DNA from: an uncultured Eubacteriales bacterium
GTDB taxonomy: Bacteria; Bacillota; Clostridia; Christensenellales; CAG-314
Length of the DNA stretch: 64,000 nucleotides
Assembly (NCBI GenBank): GCA_948938605.1
Contig: CARAIG010000047.1
Coordinates: 982-64,981, forward strand
Direction of reading: 5' to 3'
Position 1 is the stretch's first letter; each line of letters begins with the position of its first letter. Under the pieces are notes generated by a model. It saw only the letters and a program-made list of their open reading frames with translations, did no database searches and had not been told where the DNA came from. Positions 44,555-53,903 of the stretch are shown piece by piece. The translations under genes were made by a program, and so were the position numbers.

Positions 44555-46636
44555 TTAAGCATAATAAACAGTACAATACTTGTTTTCGGCTATAATATAA
44601 ATGTAATCCTTACTAAATTTGTAGAAACAATCATCCTTATCCACATTTGCCCATTCTTGACTAGTTCCGTTAAATTTAAAATCCGTTACCGCAGGACAAT
44701 ACCAAAACGCATATTTGTTTATTTTTTCAATGTCGTTTTCAATCAATATGCTTGTTAGATTTTTACAGTCTCGAAACGCACCGTATCCAACAATTTTTAC
44801 ACCCTTGCCAATAACTACCGACGTGAGCTTAGAATAGCCAAAAAACATATTTCTGCCCATTTCTGTAACACCCGTTATATTAACTTCCGTTACAAGTTCG
44901 CCGTTAATATACAAGCCGGTTTCGCCCGAATTGTGATTATTAACAAACACCGTAGCGTAAAAATCAATTCCGCACCATTGTGCAAGCGTGCCCGTAAAAT
45001 GAATTTCCGCGATGTCGTTATATCCGTAAAAGGCATCTTGGACATATTCCAAACCTGTACCCAAGGTTATCTTCGTTAAAGAGCAATTGACAAACGCTCC
45101 TTCTTTTATATTTTTTATACTGTTGGGAATTACTACGCTATTTACACGATTGTCGCGAAATGCGTTGTTGTTAATTTCCGTTACGGGCTTTCCGTCGTAA
45201 ACGGACGGGATTACAATATCGATATCGGTTGCGGTTCCTTTGCCCGTAACCATATACGAATTACCGTCGGGTTTCAATCGGTATTCCAGCCCTTGCGTAT
45301 ACGGATTCCACTTAGCATACAGCGTTGTATCGCCCGTAATAACGTCGCTGTCGAAATACCACCTGTCTTTAAGTTCAACGTCTTTAAACCAACCGAAAAA
45401 TTCGTTGCCATCCTTTAAAGGCGGTTCGGGTTCGGTTACCGTCGACGCGTATTCGGCATCGGTAATTGGCGACACTTCGCTTCCGCCATTGCTGTTAAAT
45501 GTGACGGTGTGTTTGTTCGCCGTCCACTTGGCGTCGAATTCGAAATCCGTTCCGTCAAGCTTCCATACGTTTGAAGCGGTTATTTGATTGTCGCCTAAAT
45601 ACCAACCCGCAAAGACGTGTCCCGTTTTTACGGGAGCGGGCAATTCCCCTACGGCGTTGTCGTACGTTACGGTTATACTGCGCAATGAATCGTTTTCGTC
45701 TGCGCCGTTGTAGTTTAACGTTACGGCGTACTGTTTTGCAGTATATACGGCGTTTACAGTCACATCGCCAACGGTCAACGTATAAGTTTCCCATTCGCCG
45801 TTATATCCCGTTTTTGCAGGAACTGCGGGAGCGTTTACGGCGTTGTTTTCCACTGTGTATGTACGCTCGCCCACCTTTTTACCTTCCGCAATAAAAGTTA
45901 TGTAGTAAGGTTTTGCAGTCCACTTTGCAATTAATTCAAAATTTCCGTCGTTGTTCCATACGGTAAATTGATTGACTTTGTTTCCGTCAAGAAACCAACC
46001 TTCAAAAATGTAACCCGTTTTTTGGGGTGCGGGCAATTTTCCAACATAATTATCGAACGTTACGGTTAATTGTTGTTGAGTGTCGTTGCTTGTTGCGCCG
46101 TTGTAATCAAAACTTACCGTATACTGCTTTGGAGTGTATTCGGCAAATACCGATACGTCGCCTACCGTCAAATTGTATTCGCGCCATATGCCGGTGTAGC
46201 CGACTTTTGTAGGCACGGCGGGTTCGGTTATTTGCGTGTTTTGAGCGGTATAAGTCCGCGTGTCTACTGTTTTGCCGTCCGCAATAAACGTTACGGTGTA
46301 CGTTTCGGAATCGGGTTCGGGCAAGGTAGATTTCTTTTCCACTTTAACCGTTACACTGCAACTTAAACCGTTGTACTTTACTGTCAACACGCTGTCGCCT
46401 TCCGCAAGCGTTCCGCTAACGGTATAATCCGTCACAACGGACTGTTGTCCCTTTTCGTCCGTATACGTTACGGATAGATACGGATTCAAACTTTCAAGGC
46501 TGTCGTCATCGTAAACGACGTGCTTGCCGTCAAAAACTGCGGTTAGCGTTGCTTCGACTTCGTTAGGCGTACAAGCAACGACAGTCAAACTGCAAGCAAT
46601 TGCCAACAGCAATAAAACCAATGTCAATTTTTTCAT
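44555..46636 (-). CDS. Surface lipoprotein with about 5 Listeria-Bacteroides (Flg_new) repeats and a C-terminal BspA-type leucine-rich repeat domain
   Basis: Lipobox VVAC. Repeats include GYIFEGWF, GHVFAGWY and NEFFGWF. A ~130-aa internal tandem duplication starts at YTVTFIADGK... and YYITFIAEGK.... The LRR_5-like segment is IPNSIKNIKEGAFVNCSLTKITLG. Confidence 0.8.
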   Translation of the reverse strand: MKKLTLVLLLLAIACSLTVVACTPNEVEATLTAVFDGKHVVYDDDSLESLNPYLSVTYTDEKGQQSVVTDYTVSGTLAEGDSVLTVKYNGLSCSVTVKVEKKSTLPEPDSETYTVTFIADGKTVDTRTYTAQNTQITEPAVPTKVGYTGIWREYNLTVGDVSVFAEYTPKQYTVSFDYNGATSNDTQQQLTVTFDNYVGKLPAPQKTGYIFEGWFLDGNKVNQFTVWNNDGNFELIAKWTAKPYYITFIAEGKKVGERTYTVENNAVNAPAVPAKTGYNGEWETYTLTVGDVTVNAVYTAKQYAVTLNYNGADENDSLRSITVTYDNAVGELPAPVKTGHVFAGWYLGDNQITASNVWKLDGTDFEFDAKWTANKHTVTFNSNGGSEVSPITDAEYASTVTEPEPPLKDGNEFFGWFKDVELKDRWYFDSDVITGDTTLYAKWNPYTQGLEYRLKPDGNSYMVTGKGTATDIDIVIPSVYDGKPVTEINNNAFRDNRVNSVVIPNSIKNIKEGAFVNCSLTKITLGTGLEYVQDAFYGYNDIAEIHFTGTLAQWCGIDFYATVFVNNHNSGETGLYINGELVTEVNITGVTEMGRNMFFGYSKLTSVVIGKGVKIVGYGAFRDCKNLTSILIENDIEKINKYAFWYCPAVTDFKFNGTSQEWANVDKDDCFYKFSKDYIYIIAENKYCTVYYA

Positions 46637-46702
46637 AATGTCTTTCCCCTTAAAATAATTTTTAAATAAGGTTTCGCTTTCATAAGTTCACTCAACCTTG
46701 TC

Positions 46703-46750
46703 ACAAAAAAAACGACAATAAAAAAGTGCCGTCCCTAACGGAACGACACT
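46703..46750 (-). terminator. Intrinsic terminator inside the 5' leader of the LRR lipoprotein gene (candidate attenuator or sRNA 3' end)
   Basis: The minus-strand RNA reads AGUGUCGUUCC-GUUA-GGGACGGCACU followed by UUUUUAUUGUCGUUUUUUUU. Its two G-U pairs would be C-A mismatches on the plus strand. Confidence 0.65.
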
Positions 46751-46892
46751 TGTAGAATATGCGTCCCGATAGTTACCACACTATTTCCCAATGTTTAGCA
46801 AACAAACATGCCAAAGAAAGACACACATATCTACCAATAGATAATTATGTGTTTGTTTGCCTAAAAATATTAAGAAATAATGTGGTAAAATG

Positions 46893-46921
46893 ATTGTAAC
46901 AAAACAAAATTAAAAAGTCAA
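46893..46921 (-). promoter_or_regulatory. Near-consensus sigma-70 promoter facing the LRR lipoprotein gene
   Basis: The minus strand reads TTGACT, 17-nt spacer, TACAAT, about 250 nt upstream of the ATG at 46636. Confidence 0.55.
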
Positions 46922-46962
46922 GGCAATGCACTAACGTTAGCAATTATAGTTGACCGTCCGTA

Positions 46963-46991
46963 TTGACTAAATAACCGTTGTATGTTATAAT
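46963..46991 (+). promoter_or_regulatory. Near-consensus sigma-70 promoter for nrnA-nrnA-surE
   Basis: TTGACT, 17-nt spacer, TATAAT, 80 nt upstream of the ATG at 47072. Confidence 0.55.
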
Positions 46992-47071
46992 TAAATACTA
47001 AATTCAACTTATACAAAGCTGTACTATGCGCATTATTTTACTTGCAAATATACAACTTAAAACGGAGAAAT

Positions 47072-48004
47072 ATGTTTAAACAAGCCTTAGAATTAATAAA
47101 AAAATACGACACAATCATTATACACCGTCACACAAATCCCGACGGCGATGCAATAGGCAGTCAAACGGGAATGCAACAGCTGCTGCAATGCAATTTCCCC
47201 CAAAAGTCGGTTTTTATTGTAGGCGACGACCCCAAAAGATACGGCTTTATGGATAACTGCGCACCGCAAACCGTAGCGGACGAAACTTACAAAGGCGCGC
47301 TTGCCATAATACTGGACACCTCGGTTAAATCGATGATTTCCGACGGACGTTACACCACTGCGGAAAAAACTTTGCGTTTTGACCACCACATCTACTGCGA
47401 AACGATAGCGGACGTTGACATTGTGGACAACACCTACGAAAGCTGCTGCGGACTTGTTGCCGACTTTGCATTACAAACGGGGCTTAAACTCAACCAAGCA
47501 TCGGCAAAAGCGTTGTTTACGGGAATGGTAACCGATAGCGGACGTTTCCGTTACGATGCGACAAACGCAAGGACGTTTAGGTTGGCTTCCGCCCTAATAG
47601 AGCAAGGCTTCGACACAAACGAGATATATGCAAACCTTTACGCCGACGACTTCGATATGATACTGCTGCGTGCGAAATACGTGCAAAAAATACGCTTTAC
47701 AAAGCATAACGTTGCATACATAATTACAACCAAGGACGAACTGCTTAGCACTCCCGCCGACGAATTTACCGTATCGCGCGGAATGGTAGGCGTAATGAGC
47801 GACATCCGCGGGGTAGACAGCTGGGTAAACTTTACCGAAACCGACCATGGCGTACTGTGCGAATTGCGCAGCAAAAAGTACAACATTAACCCCGTTGCCG
47901 TAAAATACGGCGGGGGCGGTCACGCAAAAGCCAGCGGCGCAACAATTAATGACTTGGATACCGCAATGTTAATGTTACAAGACTTGGATGAATTGAGCAA
48001 ATAA
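47072..48004 (+). CDS. nrnA: DHH/DHHA1 phosphoesterase: NrnA-type oligoribonuclease/pAp phosphatase, paralogue 1
   Basis: IIIHRHTNPDGDAIGS, DHH (RFDHHIY), GMVTDSGRFRY and GGGHAKASGA. Start at ATG 47072 (RBS GGAG); the track ORF starts at TTG 47042. Confidence 0.85.
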   Translation: MFKQALELIKKYDTIIIHRHTNPDGDAIGSQTGMQQLLQCNFPQKSVFIVGDDPKRYGFMDNCAPQTVADETYKGALAIILDTSVKSMISDGRYTTAEKTLRFDHHIYCETIADVDIVDNTYESCCGLVADFALQTGLKLNQASAKALFTGMVTDSGRFRYDATNARTFRLASALIEQGFDTNEIYANLYADDFDMILLRAKYVQKIRFTKHNVAYIITTKDELLSTPADEFTVSRGMVGVMSDIRGVDSWVNFTETDHGVLCELRSKKYNINPVAVKYGGGGHAKASGATINDLDTAMLMLQDLDELSK

Positions 48005-48023
48005 AATTTACGGAGTTAAATAT

Positions 48024-49010
48024 ATGACAGAACAATTTAAAACAATGAAAGCAATTTTAGACAAAATCAAGCAATACGACCGAATAATAATTACTCGGCA
48101 CGTGCGTCCCGACGGCGACGCAATAGGTTCGACAAAGGGCTTGGCGCGCATATTGCGGTTAACATACCCTAAAAAGGAAATTTACCTGCAAACAAACGAC
48201 GGCAGCGACTACCTTGCGTTTTTAGGCAAGGACGACGAACACATAGCCCCCGAACTGTACAAGGACGCATTGTTAATAGTTATCGACACCGCCACCGCCG
48301 ACAGAATTTCCAATAGCCATTACGACAAAGCGCGCGAAATAATTAAAATAGACCACCACATAGACATCAAGCCCTACGGCGACTTGTGCTGGATAGAGGA
48401 CTTGCGCAGTTCCGCTTGCGAAATGATTGCATATTTTTACCAAACTTTTAAAGACGAACTTAAAATCGACAAGGAAGCGGCAACCTACATCTTTTGCGGA
48501 ATGGTAACGGATTCCGGACGTTTCCGTTACGAATCGACAACCGGCGAAACATTGCGCCTTGCAAGCATGCTGCTCGACTGCGGAGTAGACACCGAAACGC
48601 TGTACTCCCACTTATACTTGGAGGACTTCGACTTCCTTAAATTCCAAGCATATGTATTCGAACAAATGCAAATTACAAAAAACGGCGTTGTACACTTGTA
48701 CGTAGACAACGCAATGCAACAAAAGTTTAACCTTACAACCGAGCAAGCAAGCGAAGCAATAAGTTTTCTTAAAGGCATAAAAGGTTGCATAGCACAACTG
48801 GCATTTATAGATATGCCCGACGGCACTATCCGCGTAAGGTTGCGCAGTCGCTTTATGACAATAAACCAACTTGCGGAAAAATACGGCGGTGGCGGACACC
48901 AATGCACTTGCGGAGCAACGTTGCACAACCCTGCCGAAATTGAGCCGATGCTTGACGACGCGGACAAAATGGTTGCCGACTATAAGGCAAACAACAAGGG
49001 TTGGTTATGA
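48024..49010 (+). CDS. nrnA: DHH/DHHA1 phosphoesterase: NrnA-type, paralogue 2
   Basis: IIITRHVRPDGDAIGS, KIDHHID, GMVTDSGRFRY and GGGHQCTCGA. The stop TGA overlaps the surE ATG as ATGA. Confidence 0.85.
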   Translation: MTEQFKTMKAILDKIKQYDRIIITRHVRPDGDAIGSTKGLARILRLTYPKKEIYLQTNDGSDYLAFLGKDDEHIAPELYKDALLIVIDTATADRISNSHYDKAREIIKIDHHIDIKPYGDLCWIEDLRSSACEMIAYFYQTFKDELKIDKEAATYIFCGMVTDSGRFRYESTTGETLRLASMLLDCGVDTETLYSHLYLEDFDFLKFQAYVFEQMQITKNGVVHLYVDNAMQQKFNLTTEQASEAISFLKGIKGCIAQLAFIDMPDGTIRVRLRSRFMTINQLAEKYGGGGHQCTCGATLHNPAEIEPMLDDADKMVADYKANNKGWL

Positions 49011-49735
49011 AAATACTGGTTACAAACGATGACGGAATAGACGCAATCGGGCTGCAAACCCTAGTAAAATTTGCCAAAACGTTGGGGGACGTTACGATAT
49101 GTGCGCCCGCCGTGCAACAAAGTGCTAAAAGCCACGCAATAAACGTACACAACCCGTTTGAAGTTACCAAAGTAAATTATCCCGTTTGTAAAGTTACCGC
49201 CTACAAAGTCAATTCCACGCCCGTAGACTGCGTAAGGTATGCAATGATAGGTTTAGGGATAAAGTTCGACTTGGTACTGTCGGGAGTAAACAACGGCTAC
49301 AACATAGGCGAAGATATTTTGTATAGCGGAACGGTCGGTTGCGTATTCGAAGCGGGTTTGCACGACACCCGCGCCATTGCATTTAGCACCGAACACAACA
49401 ACGGCGAAAACGTACAACAACACATACAAACGGCATACGAATTTATAACTAAAAACAAACTGTTTGATTACTGCAACGTCTACAACGTAAACATACCGCA
49501 AAACGTTACGGGAAGCACCGTAGTTACCCGTCAAGGCGGAGCGTACTTTACCGACGAGTTTATTAAAACGGACGAAACGCACTTTGACCAGCGCGGGTAC
49601 TGCGTGTACAGTTACGGCAACGATTTAACGCTAGACACCGACGCGACAATGAACGGATACATAAGCATAACGCCGTTAACCTGCAAACGGGACGACGAAC
49701 AAGCGTATGCAAAGATTAAAGCGACACTGCGTTAG
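49007..49735 (+). CDS. surE: 5'/3'-nucleotidase SurE
   Basis: MKILVTNDDGIDAIGL and SGVNNGYNIGEDILYSGTVG. ATG at 49007; the track's TTG at 49001 is less likely. Confidence 0.88.
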   Translation: MKILVTNDDGIDAIGLQTLVKFAKTLGDVTICAPAVQQSAKSHAINVHNPFEVTKVNYPVCKVTAYKVNSTPVDCVRYAMIGLGIKFDLVLSGVNNGYNIGEDILYSGTVGCVFEAGLHDTRAIAFSTEHNNGENVQQHIQTAYEFITKNKLFDYCNVYNVNIPQNVTGSTVVTRQGGAYFTDEFIKTDETHFDQRGYCVYSYGNDLTLDTDATMNGYISITPLTCKRDDEQAYAKIKATLR

Positions 49736-49841
49736 GAACAGTTAATTTAATGTACAATTTCGGACGACATTACATTGTGTAATGTCGTCCGAAGCTGGGA
49801 CATCTAGACAAGTTTACGAGTCGCATTTTACTAAATATAGC

Positions 49842-49873
49842 AAAAAGGCATAACCGTACGGTTATGCCTTTTT
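49842..49873. terminator. Bidirectional terminator between surE and the convergent lipoprotein gene
   Basis: AAAAA-GGCATAACC-gtac-GGTTATGCC-TTTTT. A 14-bp hairpin without a T-run sits at 49759-49793. Confidence 0.75.
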
Positions 49874-49900
49874 GTGATAGTTAAATAATATTTATATGTT

Positions 49901-51295
49901 TTAAGCATAGAAGTCTATCGACTTTATGCGCATTTGCGACAACAAGTTTCCACTAATAAAACTTGTAGAAGCGGCATCAAGTACTATCGTTGTCGTAGCA
50001 CCGTTTACTGTAATAGTTGCTCCCGTAACAGTCATACCATTAAAGCCTGTAGTATATTTTCCACTACTATAGTCATCTGCATTGATAACAATTTTTTTAA
50101 ACGCTTGCGTACTTTGGAATGTCATAGTCGAGCCCCTGTAAAATCTTGCGGATACAGGGTCTGCAATATTCATTGTATCGGTAGATTCCGCTTTGTCATT
50201 AATTACAGTAAGTCCGTTTAATGTATATGTTTTTTGCTCAGTACCGTTATTAGATGTCGGAGCAACTTTTTCAAGAGAAATCGTTCCTATCAGCGTTCCG
50301 TCGGGCGCAGGAGTCTCAGTTCCGCCTTGATTACCGCCCTGATTTCCGCCTTGGTTTCCACCGCTACCTATTGTAACATTAGCAGGAATTAAACGCGCAA
50401 CAAATTGTGAAATATCAACGGCATATTCGCCCTTGCTATCATTAAGGTAGTGGTCGGAATTGGAACTGATTGTTTCGTAAGTTCCGTGTGTAGACAGCAT
50501 AAATTTGCCATTGTCGAACGCCCCCATAAGAATGTTGTCGTTAGCTACCGAATAAACGGTCGAACCGCTTGCAGTGAGTGTTATTTTTGTTTTGATATTT
50601 GTTGCGCCATTTGTATCATCAACTAATGTGATGTACTGTTTGGATCCGCCTTTGGCAGTTAACGCAATGTAAAAACCGCCTGTTGTTGTTTCAATTGTTA
50701 CGGTTGCAGCTTGATCCTTACTCTCGGTAGTAGCAAGAAATTTGCCATCCATTACACCTGTTGCGTAAAGAACCTTGTTTGCACTGCCTTGCCACATTAC
50801 CATAACGTAATCGGTTCCGGCTGCAGGGGCGCTTACTGCATTTTCTTTTATTTGTTCAAGAGATGTTTTTTGTGTGTCACCGCCTTGGTTGCCACCCTCA
50901 TTTCCACCTTGGTTACCGCCTTGGTTTCCGCCGTTTACGGATACAGCCTTGCTGACGGTTTTAATTTCGTTACCCTTTTCGTCAACTAACTTGGCAGTTA
51001 AAATATAACTTGTAACACCGCTAGGTACAGTTACCGAACCGTTTGTAATTGTTACGCCGTTGTCGGCTTCCCATTTAATGTTACAAGAAATTTCGTTACC
51101 GTCAACGTCTTCGAACGACACAACGTCGCTAAGCACATAACTTGTTTTGCCTTGTGCATTACTGATTTGTTCTTCAACTTTTTTTGTCAGTTCGGTGATA
51201 GCATAATCATCGAGACCTTGACACGCAACAAGCACGCCAAAACATACCGACAAAGCAAGGACAACAAGCACGATTAAAGAGACTTTCCTTTTCAT
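49901..51295 (-). CDS. Lipoprotein of unknown function with two GGNQ-repeat linkers; its N-terminal module is paralogous to the upstream gene
   Basis: Start at ATG 51295 (RBS AGGAG 8 nt upstream); signal plus lipobox MKRKVSLIVLVVLALSVCFGVLVAC. GGNQGGNQGGNEGGNQGG lies at nt 50879-50932 and GGNQGGNQGGNQGG at nt ~50320-50366. Confidence 0.7.
   Translation of the reverse strand: MKRKVSLIVLVVLALSVCFGVLVACQGLDDYAITELTKKVEEQISNAQGKTSYVLSDVVSFEDVDGNEISCNIKWEADNGVTITNGSVTVPSGVTSYILTAKLVDEKGNEIKTVSKAVSVNGGNQGGNQGGNEGGNQGGDTQKTSLEQIKENAVSAPAAGTDYVMVMWQGSANKVLYATGVMDGKFLATTESKDQAATVTIETTTGGFYIALTAKGGSKQYITLVDDTNGATNIKTKITLTASGSTVYSVANDNILMGAFDNGKFMLSTHGTYETISSNSDHYLNDSKGEYAVDISQFVARLIPANVTIGSGGNQGGNQGGNQGGTETPAPDGTLIGTISLEKVAPTSNNGTEQKTYTLNGLTVINDKAESTDTMNIADPVSARFYRGSTMTFQSTQAFKKIVINADDYSSGKYTTGFNGMTVTGATITVNGATTTIVLDAASTSFISGNLLSQMRIKSIDFYA
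50879..50932 (-). repeat. 12-nt tandem coding repeat (GGNQ, 4-5 units); a second array lies at ~50320-50366
   Basis: The plus strand shows reiterated ccttggttNccNcc units. Confidence 0.8.
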
Positions 51296-51499
51296 TCCGC
51301 AAACTCCTAAAATTCTTATAAATTCAAGCAAAAATGCCTGTAAATTAATTATAACACTAAGCAACAATTTGCGCAATAGGTAACGGTAAATTTAATAAAA
51401 ATTTACTCGTACTTGTTGTTAGCACAAAAATGCAATGCTTCTCAGTCAAAAGCAAATTATTAATCAAAACATCTAATGGGTACTTTTTCGGTTATTCAA

Positions 51500-51528
51500 G
51501 CAAAAAGGCCAACCGCAAGGGTTAGCCT
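51500..51528 (-). terminator. Intrinsic terminator after the 752-aa lipoprotein gene
   Basis: The minus-strand RNA reads AGGCUAACC-cuugc-GGUUGGCCU followed by UUUUU. The one G-U pair would be a C-A mismatch on the plus strand. Confidence 0.65.
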
Positions 51529-51589
51529 TTTATAAGGATTTTTAAAAGATTAAATTTTAGTAATTGTATCTTTTTACAATCGCCGTCAA

Positions 51590-53848
51590 TTATTCAGCAT
51601 CGGCCGTTCCGATTGTGATGTTAGCATCTTCCCTTGTAATATCATTTCTTGTAAGAACGATATCATATGTTCCTTCGGGCAATATTAATACTGCTTTTTC
51701 TACCCAGTCGGTACCTTCAATGCGGCTTGCTGCACCGTATTCGATTTTACCTGTAATTGTGCAGCCTGCTTCTACCGTTACGCTTAATCCTTCGTCATAT
51801 TGTGCAAACATTCCGTACCAAAGGTCGAATGCCACACCGTTTTCAGCAGCAATAATCTTGCTGTTGCCTTTGATTACAACCGTTCCGAAGTTGTTGGAAA
51901 GGGTGTATTTGCTTCCTTTAAGGTTGGTTCCGTCAAGAGTTACTCCGTCAAGAGTTAAGTTGCAGTAGTTTTGGATAAGCATTTGAGCGGAGTCCGCTTG
52001 GCAATTGATTGTGCCGTTTTTGAATACAACAGTGTTACCTTTTTCAAGGTGAATACTTTGAGATACTGTACCGGTGCTGCCAACAAGGGGTTTACCGATT
52101 GTCAATGTGTGTTTATTAAGGTCGATTGTAAAGTTGCGAGAACCTTCGCCAAGGAAGATACCGCCGCTTACTACGTCCTTTTGCAATACAATCGTTTCAC
52201 CGTTTCTAACTGCTTCGATTGCTTCGAGAAGAGTTGCATAGGAAGTGTTTCCGATTTTTGCTTCGCCTTCAACGGGAGTAATGGGTTCATCAATTTTGTC
52301 ACCAACAGTGATATTGAGCGACTTCAAACCAACTTGTTGATTTCCAGATTCGCATCCGCTAAGTAGAACCAATCTAACTGCTTTAACATTAGCAGGCAAA
52401 TTGCTTACGGTTAAAGTAGTATAATTTTCTAAAGAAACTGCCTTTTCAGCATTTCTAATTCCTACGCCTTCCACTTCTTCCCATGTTGTGCCATCAACAG
52501 TATAATCCAACGCAATTGTATTGAATTTCTTGCTTGCAGCCCACATTTCCAAATTAAGAGTAATGCTCTTTATAGCTTTACCGTTTACGGCTATCGTTGT
52601 ATACATCGGTGTAGTATTACTATTCGGTGCCAAAACCGGCATAGTAGTAATTGTTTGAGTTTGTTTTGCAGCACGTGCAATTGAAATCAAAATATCCATA
52701 TTGGTTACATCTAAAGCCGCGCTGTCGATTTCACGTGCAGCATAGGAATTACTCCAATCTTTTGCATAAGTTGCAAAGTTTGTCGCAAAATTAATGTTTG
52801 CAGTTTGTTCGCCTTCTGCCGCAACTAAAGCAACAACCGTAATCTCTGTATCCCCTTCGATTGTGCCTTCATAATTATTTCCGCTTGTAGCGGCAACTTC
52901 CGTTCCATTAACTTTGACACTTGAAATTGTAGCATTATTTTTAGCAGTTACCGTAAAAGTAAACTTTTCGCCATTAAGACCACTGGTTTTGCCAAGTGTC
53001 ACTTCCGCATTTTCATTAGCAGGAGCAGTAATGGCAGAAGTACCGATGGTACGAGAAGTAACAACAGGATAATCGCGAGCGGGAGTGGTACCTTCTGCTT
53101 TAGAACCTGTTAATTCGGGATTTGTAGGACTATAGTTCATATAATATCCATTCACAACAACTGTATCATTTTGGTACACAGCGTCAATTCCGCTTTGTAA
53201 TGTGCCAGAATAAATTTGAAGTTTTTGTGTTGAATCTTTACTGTCGGCAATCCAAAACGAATACGACTTATAATTCGCATTATAACTAGGCGCAGTAATG
53301 ACAATACCGCTTACATATAATTTATTTTCGGAAAAGCCTTTTTCTGGGATAGTTATCATTTCAGCCAAAAGACCCGCTACCGAATACGGTGAATCTACTG
53401 TACCTTGTCCTTTTCCTGCGGGAACAACTTTGGAAATTTCCAACTTATATTCTTTGCCGTCCTTATCGGTGTAAGCATTACCTTTTTCGTCTACCATTAC
53501 GCCAACTAATTTATAGTTAACTTCTTCGTCAACTTCGTCGGGAACGATAATTTGGTATTGACCGTTAGAGTTAGGAGTTTCGCCAACTTTAACCAAAGTG
53601 GTTCCTTCGATCGTCCACTTGATTTTTACAGAAATTTCCTTTCCGCCGTCTTCGAGAACAAATACGTCTCCTTCAACCCAGAAAGATGTTGCTGATTCCT
53701 TAGCATCGTTTTTGTGAAGTTTAGTGAATTCCTTGTATAAGCTGTCAAGCTGTTCGGTTGAAGGTCCCTTTTGACAAGCAACCAAAACGCCCAAACCCAA
53801 TGCAATCACTAACATGAGCGATAAAATTGTTATCAGTTTACGTTTCAT
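51590..53848 (-). CDS. Large multidomain lipoprotein: shared N-terminal module, OB-fold-like module, Ig-like module and C-terminal beta-helix-like repeats; function unknown
   Basis: MKRKLITILSLMLVIALGLGVLVAC. EISVKIKWT...MVDEKGN parallels EISCNIKWE...LVDEKGN of the downstream gene. KLYVSGIVITAPSYNANYKSYSFWIADSKDSTQKLQIYSG looks like the OB-type modules seen in extracellular nucleases. Confidence 0.7.
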   Translation of the reverse strand: MKRKLITILSLMLVIALGLGVLVACQKGPSTEQLDSLYKEFTKLHKNDAKESATSFWVEGDVFVLEDGGKEISVKIKWTIEGTTLVKVGETPNSNGQYQIIVPDEVDEEVNYKLVGVMVDEKGNAYTDKDGKEYKLEISKVVPAGKGQGTVDSPYSVAGLLAEMITIPEKGFSENKLYVSGIVITAPSYNANYKSYSFWIADSKDSTQKLQIYSGTLQSGIDAVYQNDTVVVNGYYMNYSPTNPELTGSKAEGTTPARDYPVVTSRTIGTSAITAPANENAEVTLGKTSGLNGEKFTFTVTAKNNATISSVKVNGTEVAATSGNNYEGTIEGDTEITVVALVAAEGEQTANINFATNFATYAKDWSNSYAAREIDSAALDVTNMDILISIARAAKQTQTITTMPVLAPNSNTTPMYTTIAVNGKAIKSITLNLEMWAASKKFNTIALDYTVDGTTWEEVEGVGIRNAEKAVSLENYTTLTVSNLPANVKAVRLVLLSGCESGNQQVGLKSLNITVGDKIDEPITPVEGEAKIGNTSYATLLEAIEAVRNGETIVLQKDVVSGGIFLGEGSRNFTIDLNKHTLTIGKPLVGSTGTVSQSIHLEKGNTVVFKNGTINCQADSAQMLIQNYCNLTLDGVTLDGTNLKGSKYTLSNNFGTVVIKGNSKIIAAENGVAFDLWYGMFAQYDEGLSVTVEAGCTITGKIEYGAASRIEGTDWVEKAVLILPEGTYDIVLTRNDITREDANITIGTADAE

Positions 53849-53903
53849 TTTTTTTCTCCTTTTATTTTAAGCGTTAACCGCTTTAAATACCAAAATACTT
53901 TTG

